A stretch of 61,386 bases of DNA from Welwitschia mirabilis (lineage: Eukaryota): assembly GCA_051453625.1 (NCBI GenBank), contig JBOZIK010000001.1, forward strand, positions 49,584,814-49,646,199, in the 5' to 3' direction. Under the pieces are notes generated by a model. That model worked only from the letters and a program-made list of their open reading frames with translations. It made no database searches and was not told the origin of the DNA. The position numbers and the translations under genes were made by a program. This document shows, piece by piece, positions 52,271 to 61,386 of this stretch. How positions within the stretch are numbered: position 1 is the first letter of the stretch; every line of letters begins with the position of its first letter.

Positions 52271-53614
52271 TGTTGGAAAATCTAGTTGTGATGATTCCAC
52301 TTGCTAAACATTTTGTATCATTAAATAGACATGTTATTATAAGTAAATCAGACTAAGATGGGTACTAGATCATGATGGATCTCTAAATACATAATCTTAG
52401 AAAAAGGATTACATGCTAAATTATAAAATTAATTATTTGAAAACATTCAAGAAAATGAAGACGTCTTGAGCAGATAGATCTAGAAAAGTGAAGACATCTC
52501 AAATATACTAAGCTAAAATAGGTAATAGAGTTAATTTAATTTTAACTAATATCTTATGTTTCAAGTAAGCTATGAACTTATACATCATGGATTCATGAGC
52601 ACAAAGCTCCAAGGATACTACAGTGTAAAATCCATTAAAATCTATGCAAGTTAACTTAAAACATCTACAAAAGTGAAGATATCTAGAATAAATACTTCTA
52701 CAAAATTCAAGACATCTTAAACTAAAGTTCACGTTAATTAAAAATGAAGTTACAACCTAAAGCATAGAAGTTAATGATCCATTGCATAATATTTACAAAA
52801 TTAAATGACTAACTTTCAAGGTAAAATGACTAGATCTTCTTCAATCCTATAAGGCATCGAAATCACAAAACAAAGAATAACTGTTGGCACTTCATTGAAT
52901 CAAAGGATTTACAGATCTTGGAAAGCATAAGTAAAGGGAACCTCTCATGAAGAAATGAAAAGATTCATTATCAAGAAGCTAGTATTATTTACATTTATTG
53001 GATTTGAATCTTCATTTCTTCATTCTTTGTTCATACTTGTAATAATAACAACAACTTTAAGAAGCTTACATCTTCATCAAAGCAATATATTCAAGCTTAT
53101 TATTGTGTTGTATTTTTTGGTTTATATTGTGAACTGTCTTATTATTGAATACTTATAAAGTTTACTTCTTGATTATCAAATACTTTGTAAGGTAATCCTT
53201 ATAGGGGTGTGTATTTATTATTATGCTTTTAGGTGCTTGTTAGATGTAAGATTATTATTTAGCTAGAAAACTATTATTTCCTTATAGGAAAGATAGTATT
53301 GCCTTATGAGGAGACTTTCATTGTTGTAAGGGTTCGTGGTGCGCTTGTGAAAACCAATACTTCCTTAAGGGGAAGAGAGTACTACCTTGTAAGAAGATTT
53401 TTATTTGTTGTAAGGTTGATGATATGCCAGAAAATCACTATTTCTTGTAAGTTAAGAATATTTATAGGTATGAGTAGAAGCTACCCTCTATGTGTGGATA
53501 CACCTAGGTCGGGAAACTATGTTATTTGGTAAGGTTTTTCATTATGCTTTTTATTCTTGTTGAGATTAATTTTTATTTGGTGGAACTCTTTCCTCTGAGT
53601 TTAATTGATCCTTA
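52271..53614 (+). repeat. 3' LTR of the SIRE-like element
   Basis: TGTTGGAAAATCTAGTT...ctctgagtttaattgatcctta, colinear with 34122-35461 and preceded by the PPT. Confidence 0.92.
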
Positions 53615-53690
53615 AATTAAAAAAAAAATAATTATAATACAAAGGAAGATTGTAGGTTCTCTAAGTTTTTTACATTAAGTACTCCATTGT

Positions 53691-54902
53691 TGTGATACTA
53701 TGTCCTTTATCAAATCCTGTCAATCATAAATGTATGCAAAAATACAACACACTAATATAGATGGGAGTGGATCCAAATGTCATAATCCATCGAAGGCATT
53801 AGACGAGAAAAAATTGAATTACTTTTCACAAAGTAAAGGTTTAAATGAAAATAAAAAAATACAAGAAAAGTAAACACACTTATGCAAATGCAAATTCAAT
53901 CTAATCTAAATGCAGTATCTATTTGACTACTAAACCTTTAATACTAAGATTGACCCTATATAATCTAGATCAATTAAGAAAACTATTACTAGCCCTAACT
54001 AACCAAAGATACTAAGTATGTCAAACAAACTATGAAAACATGTAATGATTAATATATGAAATACAAAATAGAATAAAGTCCTAAACTAATAATTTCAACC
54101 TTGATAAAGTTTGCCCTTGATGATCTATATCAATTATGAAGCTATGACAAAATCATAACCAACATAAACTATAAGGAACATGTACATGAATATATAAAAC
54201 TAAAAGAAGATTTTCATTAGATTTAAACCAATATCTTATTACAAAGTAGTAGTACCTCAATGAAGGAGACACAGTACAATACTAAGGAAAACCCCTCTCT
54301 GCAACTAGTAGATGGATATTCAATATTTTGATCTCTTATCATGAGAATTTTTGATATAATGAAAATGATTGAAGTCAAGAACAAAGGACGTATTTATTGC
54401 CAATAATAAACTTTAACAATTGCGAATGTAATAGATGCATGAAAAACCCTAAGAGTGCATAGAAAGTGCATGATACATTAACAAGCTAATTGAAGTTTGG
54501 TATATTGACTAAAATTAGATGTCATTCTTTATATCATCTAGACAATAGCGGGGATCATGCCACATCAAGAGAGTTCCATATTTAGCCTTCATATCAGTCC
54601 AATCAGCATCCTAATTAGTATGCAAGTGATCTCATCCTGGTGATCCTCTACATGATTAATAGGAGGACAGACTTCTTCAAGATCTTAAGGAAGTGAATTT
54701 GGATTTATAGAACATAATTCCTCCTCAAAATGTAAAGTATTAGAATTAATCCAAAATACCTCCAAAAGTGCTGGTATTTGTGCATTTCTATGATTTTCTT
54801 CTTGACTCATAATAATTATCATTTTGTACTTAAACCTGTCTAATTGTCTTATAAAACTACTTAAAGTACTCCATCAGAAATATACAATTTGGCATTGCAA
54901 CA
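53691..54902 (-). mobile_element. Athila-like LTR A (a 3' LTR; its 3' UTR remnant continues to ~56150)
   Basis: Homologous to 57554-58630 (aatacaacacactaatata.atgggagtg...aaatgtcataatcc). It ends gcaaca on the plus strand, followed by the C-rich PPT complement taaccccctagtta. A second C-tract lies at 56066-56113. Confidence 0.7.
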
Positions 54903-56538
54903 TAACCCCCTAGTTAGCCTTGTTAGCCCCTAACAAAATTGGTAAACAACTATAATTACAAGCCAAATTGATAAAGATAAAATACTAACTAGGGATATTT
55001 AAATCAAGTTCGAAAATATCATTATACAGGATGAAATTTTATAATTAAATAAATTAAATGTTTTACCTTGGTAAATGTAGTGACCATGAGATCGTCTTGA
55101 CTGTCATCTAGATGATTATGGAGATGACATATTCTTAAAAATCAATTTGTAAAATTAATTACCTATAATCATGACTATAAGAAAATAAGATAAAAATACT
55201 TATCAATTCATTATCCCCCCATTTAAAATGTTTAGCACATCAAAATGATAGAAATTGGATGTCATAACAAAAATGATCATCATAAGATATGACCATAATA
55301 ACTTAGATAAATGATGTGCATATNNNNNNNNNNNNNNNNNNNNNNNNNNNNNNNNNNNNNNNNNNNNNNNNNNNNNNNNNNNNNNNNNNNNNNNNNNNNN
55401 NNNNNNNNNNNNNNNNNNNNNNNNNNNNNNNNNNNNNNNNNNNNNNNNNNNNNNNNNNNNNNNNNNNNNNNNNNNNNNNNNNNNNNNNNNNNNNNNNNNN
55501 NNNNNNNNNNNNNNNNNNNNNNNNNNNNNNNNNNNNNNNNNNNNNNNNNNNNNNNNNNNNNNNNNNNNNNNNNNNNNNNNNNNNNNNNNNNNNNNNNNNN
55601 NNNNNNNNNNNNNNNNNNNNNNNNNNNNNNNNNNNNNNNNNNNNNNNNNNNNNNNNNNNNNNNNNGATGTAATAACAAAAATGATCATCATAAGATATGA
55701 CCATAATAACTTAGATAAATGATATACATGTATAGTCAAAAAAAGTAATAACTCAAAAAATGATATTCAATAAGCATTGAGCTTTTAAGCACAATTTACA
55801 AGGGAAAATATATTAAAAATAATCTCATAACATTATTCCCTCATTCATGATCTCATGGATTATTTATATTATTTCTATAAGGAAAATAAACTATAAGTAC
55901 TTTGCTATTAATTACATAATTTACTAAACAATATCCATAATGTATATCACTCAAATAATTAGCATTCAGAACCGGATTAGTACACTATAGATATGTCTTA
56001 TGATAATATAAAAATAACCCTTAAAAATTTAAACTTTTTCTCAAAATATCTTAAAATATATGTCCTTCCCCCAAACCACCCCCCCCGCCCCCCTCCTTAC
56101 ACACACACACCCCTAACTAAAAAAAAAAGATAAATTAATACATCCCGTATTGCATTAACATTAGAAGGAAAAATATTAATATGAAAGATAAGTATAAGCA
56201 AGCAAAATAGGTGGGTCTAAGAGCAATATTATGTGCACAAAAAGAAGAGTTAGATTTAGTCTAAAAAAGATGAAACAGAAAAACCATGATATTCAAAAAA
56301 TATTTATGTATCATCTACCTAGTGGTTTGGATGACAAGAAGAGCGACAGGGTTTTTTCAAGGAATAGAAAATTTGGAATTATCAGTATAACTAGTTAAGC
56401 TGAGATAATATCATAAAGATTTAAGAAAGGCAACAAAAATTTTGAAAGATGAAAAGTGGCCAAGAATTGTAATAAATCAAAGTAAGATAAAGGAGGTAAA
56501 TGCACCAAGATAAAGAAGATAAATGTGTACTAGATGTG

Positions 56539-57550
56539 TGATGCCATGCCAAGGATTTTAACAGTGTATTTTAAGTACTTTGGTAAGATGTTTATATAGG
56601 TTTAAATGTAATTTTAATGATTATGTAGAGTTAATGAGATGATCATGGAAATACAAAATTATTGGCATATTTGAAGGTATTTCAAGCATATTTTGATACT
56701 CAGTGCTTTGTAGGAAGATTAATGATGCAAAAAGATGATTTCTCTTAAGCTGGAAAGATAAGGAAGACTTTTGTCCCCACTATCATTCCCATGATAGACA
56801 AGATAATAGTAGTTTAGTAGCTATCTAGGATGCTGACGTGGGCTAGAGCTAGAAGCCAATGAGTCATCTTTTCTAAAAGGTCTGATTCCCAGTGTTGTTC
56901 CCATGACATTTAGGACAACAACACATTTGGAGTTAACTACGACCTGACTGTAGAGCCAAAAGTTAATGGCTTATCTATTATTATAAGGCATCATCCCTAG
57001 AATCATCCCCATGATAATCAGGATGATACTAAAGTAAAATGGCTAGCCCACTTTCATCTATTTCATTCGTTTCTTTCTCAGGACTAAGTGTATTTCTAGT
57101 GTGAATGTTATACCTTGAGCATCGGTTAGTTTTTTCTTTTTATATAAATAAACCTCCTTCTTGATCCTTCAACTAATCTTTGATGCACTGAAAATTCTTA
57201 TGATAGGACATTAAAGGGTAAGAAATTCATCTTTTATCGATTTAGAGAAACATCTTCCTCAGTGTTGACCTGTAATCCTCCATTAAGATATGGGTGCTTT
57301 ATAATCTAGATACTCATTTGCTTAATATAAGCTCTATTTCTTTTTTATTTCTTTAATATTTTACATGTCCTTTATGGTTTATATTATTCTTGATGCGATG
57401 ATAGTTTTACTTATGATATCGGTCTTAAGAGAAACCTTTGTTAAGGTTGATGATATTAGTCTAGATGCATTTTTAAGATTAATTTGCATGACATTCTGTT
57501 TGACTTACTTGGTAGCTTAAGTTAGTTTTGGTTAGTGTTGTGATGCATAT
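56539..57550 (+). mobile_element. Athila-like LTR C, truncated, in the opposite orientation to A and B
   Basis: Begins TGATGCCATGCCAA and aligns with the reverse complement of the right end of LTR A (tttaagta.ttt..taaga...aggtttaa). Its cctttgttaaggttg...tagtctagatgcatt matches the reverse complement of 57794-57833. Confidence 0.7.
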
Positions 57551-57553
57551 TTA

Positions 57554-60500
57554 TGCAATGTCTATGTCCTGATTAGAATCCTGTTAACTATAAATAATAT
57601 GCATAAATACAACACACTAATATAAATGGGAGTGACTTAAATGTCATAATCCGTTGAAGGACAAAATATGAAAATAAGAGAGTTGCTTTCAAGATGAAAA
57701 ATACTATAATCCTAACCTACAGAAATAACTTGCAATGCATGAAAATGAAATAAAACACACTTGTATAAGGATAATCTAAGAAAGGAAATAACAATGCATC
57801 TAAACTAACCAAGTACAACCTTGACAAAGGTTACCCTCATAATTTATATCCAAAGAGAAGCTGTCATCAAATATCAAACAATATAAACTATGAGGAAGAA
57901 GATCATTCATACATTGAGCACAAAAAGAAATGTTTTTATATTAAAAATTATACCACATCCATATTATAAAGTAGCTGCATCTCAATGGAGGAAATGCTGT
58001 CCAACACTAAGGAAACATCTCTCTAAAATTACAGAATGGTTCTCCGGCCTCTCAATCTCTTGTCACAAGTATGTTAGATGAAAATGAAGATGATTAAGAG
58101 TCAAGGGGGAGACCTCTATTTATTGACTTAAAACATGAAATGAAATGGATAGAAAGGTGTAGGAAAATCTTAACCGCCATGCATAAAGAAATTAAAATAA
58201 GTGATAAAAGTTTTGATGAACATTTAGTGCGGGCGTTACAAAACAGGATCATCTGGATGGTTATCCAGATGATAAAGGAGATGATGTAGAGTTCAATCCT
58301 CATCTGCTGCTAGTTAAACTGCCATACAGACATTAGTCAGCATTCAGTTCACATAGTCATCTGTTTCATCATCCAAACAATGAGGTAGACGATGGTCTTT
58401 ACTAAATCTTTAATCAGTGCATCAGCCTTGTTGTTTGCAAGAAGTTATCATTCAAAATACCAATTATTCATACTTGCTTAGAATGCTTGTAATTTATTAA
58501 GGAAATTGTATATTCCCATCCTTTTCATCCCATCTTTTCATTATTATGAAAACCAAGCATTTTCATATCCATTTACCTATAAAATAACTTAGAATACTCT
58601 ATATAATATATGTAAGTTGGCTATGCAACATAGGCTCTCACTTAGTCTTACCAGTCACTGACAAAACAAGGTGGTAAACCATATTTGTAAGCCAACTTGT
58701 TAGATAATAAAAACAACTAAGATACCTAAAGAAATTATCTCAAAAAATTTTAAAGAATATTTCAAAAATAGACTAAAATTTTTGAAAATTAGAAACAATG
58801 AACATAAACACTTATGAAGCATCAAAGATTTATCATCTGGTATGATCGTTCAGATGATAAAGGGGATGATAATCTCTACAAAGGGTTTTCAAAACTAAAA
58901 CCTACGATAGAAATTGATTTTCTTAGTTAATTAATTAATCATGATAAACAACCCCCCACTATGATAAATAGTCAAATATAAAGAGTTTCCCTAAGTAAAA
59001 TACAATCCTCATCATAAAAATCGAAAGATAATTATGTAAAAATTAGACAAAAATAGTACACCATATTGAAAAGAAATGATATGTCTAGATAATATTGAGA
59101 GATTTTAGTACAACAAAGTGTAGAAGGGGAGATATAAAATATAATGCAAAATCACTCCCCTCATCTATGCATGATGAACTCTGGTTTAGTAACTAGCTCA
59201 GGAGTAGAAGGAGAAGAAAGAGGATGCTCAGGATCTACAGGGAGACGGACATCAAGAGATATTACAATAAACTTGACTGTCTCCTCATCCTAGACATGTA
59301 GACTCTAGAATATCTACAATCATACTCTACTGAATGGAGACAATGCACTGGCGTATGTTCATCATCTGATCATCTGTGTGCTGTACTCTCCTCTTAATAG
59401 ATAGGATCTGCTGCTTAATTCTCTATTTGAAGGATAGGATCTGCTGTTCAACTCTTTGCTTGAAGTTTTATAACCTCTGATTAATGAATCCTTTGAGAGT
59501 CTTGGTAGTCTCAGCCAGAAAGGCTTGGATCTGCTCTAATGAAGCTCTAACTGTAGGTCTCTATACTTGACATCTTTTTGCCTCTCCTAGTACTTATATG
59601 CCCATATCCTATAAATAGTAAGCAAAAGTCTAAATATGTGAGATACGTCACTTACCTATAGGCTCTGGTATCCCAAATCATCTAAGCAAAGATGAGAAGA
59701 GGCATGGATAACCAAGTGTCTATAAATATTATGTCTCAATCATAGACCTAAGTCTCCTCTATATAAAGGTCGATAAATCCATCTACTCCCCCTGACAGAA
59801 AGCTGTCAAAATCTATAAATATGTGATCATAACATAACTATGATAGTATGATGGACTGATATTATGAATCAATCCTCTGTGCAAAACTCTGTATGTGGGA
59901 GTCAGCTAGGTAACATTTACCTCTTATCGATCAGTGGTCAAATTAGCTGGAATATCTAAAATGGCATCATAAGCTTAATGCTCCTCTGTCCCACTAGCTA
60001 AATGAATATGCACACTCCTAAGTTCTCCAAGATCTGTGATGACTACAATGTGAGATGGGAGGATAGCTATCTTGTGGTCTTGAATGTATGCAACAATCAT
60101 GTCCTGTAACTAATCCTGAGTGTCTGGTCGCCTCTCTATATGCATGGTGTCATAGAACTCTCTCATCGCAGAAGCATAATATGCACCATGCACATATGTG
60201 ATCCATCTAAGATATAGTTCTTTCCATCTTTGATCAACCTCTAGCTCTATGCAACTCATAAAATCTCGAAAATATCTCTTGACATGAATGTTGCTGTCTA
60301 TATGCTCAAAGATCGTCCGTGTCANNNNNNNNNNNNNNNNNNNNNNNNNNNNNNNNNNNNNNNNNNNNNNNNNNNNNNNNNNNNTGCCCTATAGACTTAG
60401 CTAAAGCCTCTTCTTGTCTAGCTCTACATGTACTTGGCCTACTCAACTGCAAACACTAAACTCGTCATGCAAAAATAGATAAACAAGTCAAAAATGTTGC

Positions 60501-61386
60501 ATGGATGTGCAATAATGACCCCTAAAATCGATAAAAGATATAAAAAATACTGAAAATATGTCTTGTCCCCTCCTAAAATCATAATGTGTCCCGAATTACC
60601 TAAATGTGAGAAAATAAATGGAGAAAAATGGAAAAAATCCGAACATTATCTATGTAGTGGGTCCCACAAGAAGTAAAAAATCGAAGTACTCAAATGAAAA
60701 ATCTACTCATATAAATTTGTAGAGTACATCGTCCTGATCAATTTTTCCTAAAGGACCACTATGATTTAACTTATAGTTTGCAAGAAAACGAGTGCGAAAA
60801 GTAAAAACCTGAAAATACCTTGTAATATGCAAAATTGATCATAACTCGAAAAATACGTGGTGAAATTCAAATCTGTAAGTCTCAAAATGAAGAGTGCGAA
60901 AAACTGAATAATTTATGTTAAAAATACATGTTGAAAGGCTGAAAAATAGAACAAAGTAAAAAATCAGGAGGAGAGAGAAACATACCTCATTTTTGCAAAT
61001 TTGAAGAAATCTTGCGAATCGCGCAATGAAATAAGGTAGGACAAGTCCTAAAATGTTGGTACTAGTTAGAGGGATCATCGTCTCTCAAAATAATAAGGGA
61101 AAATGATGAGAAAATAAGTAAAAATAAAGAAAAAGAGTTTGGGTCACACTTTTATTGCACGTCTGGTCATGTCATCCAGATGGCATCCCTAAGATGACTG
61201 ACAGAAAAATTAGGTCATTGTCCGTCATAGTGTCGTCTGGACGACTATATGAAAAATATGAGGCCAAAAAGTTTTTCAGAAAAAAATCGTTAACCATGAA
61301 AGTTAGGCTCAGATAAGATCATTGAAGTGATAGTTCTAAAAAGGAAAAAGACAGAAAACCCAAAAACATAGAGAAAATATGAAAAA
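57554..61386 (-). mobile_element. Athila-like element 3' half: LTR B (57554-58630), 3' UTR, env-like ORF remnant, and upstream spacer running off the window
   Basis: LTR homology to A, a similar PPT-proximal sequence after 58630, an internal C-tract at ~58950, and the env-like ORF remnant listed below. Confidence 0.7.
59150..60480 (-). pseudogene. Athila-type env-like ORF remnant (putative plant transposon protein type)
   Basis: The minus strand reads WITYVHGAYYASAMREFYDT (~60147-60205), HRVLHRGLIHNISP, and LGYPCLFSSLL (~59685-59716), followed by a coiled-coil-like Q/I/E-rich stretch. Interrupted by stops and a gap. Confidence 0.68.

Larger units (their letters stand above)
34122..53614 (+). 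mobile_element. SIRE/Sirevirus-like copia element, non-autonomous (gag plus env-like ORF, no pol), split by an Ogre insertion
   Basis: Colinear ~1.34 kb LTRs at 34122-35461 and 52271-53614. PBS TGGTATTAGAGC at 35464-35475, PPT AAAAAGGAGGAGAT before TGTTGG at 52271. SIRE-type gag starts at 47300. LTRs carry palindromic repeat motifs. The TSD is not clean (aaaga/aatta). Confidence 0.9.

Noticed and set aside
56066-56113. C-rich tract (potential G-quadruplex on the minus strand) with a short (AC)n
   Set aside because: It is best explained as an expanded internal polypurine tract of the Athila-like 3' region, with no independent evidence of function.

Overview
This is AT-rich plant nuclear DNA from a draft assembly with several N gaps. 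It is almost entirely old, nested, pseudogenised LTR retrotransposons. I found no intact host protein-coding gene, RNA gene or CRISPR array. From left to right: (1) a copia RT/RNase H remnant at ~1.2-2.1 kb; (2) apparently unique sequence at ~2.2-5.4 and 12.9-13.4 kb, possibly a spliced minus-strand transcript, interrupted by (3) an Ale-like copia element at 5.4-12.9 kb (-) with a ~2.2 kb internal tandem duplication; (4) a CRM-like gypsy element at 16.3-26.1 kb (+) with a ~2.3 kb internal triplication; (5) a small pol-less LTR element with a perfect ATTTC TSD at 26.8-30.7 kb, containing a deleted gypsy element; (6) a SIRE-like copia element at 34.1-53.6 kb (+) that keeps gag and an env-like ORF but has no pol, into which (7) an Ogre/Tat gypsy element (35.5-47.3 kb, -) inserted, itself carrying (8) a TGTAT-TSD-flanked Tekay-like LTR; (9) three related Athila-like LTRs, two forming a large inverted pair, plus an env-like ORF remnant at 53.7-61.4 kb. 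The most notable observations are the similar-sized, microhomology-bounded internal duplications in two unrelated elements and the gag+env-only SIRE derivative with CpG-decayed AGACGTCT palindrome arrays. All lineage calls are by-eye motif recognition, not database hits. Boundaries without a TSD are approximate.
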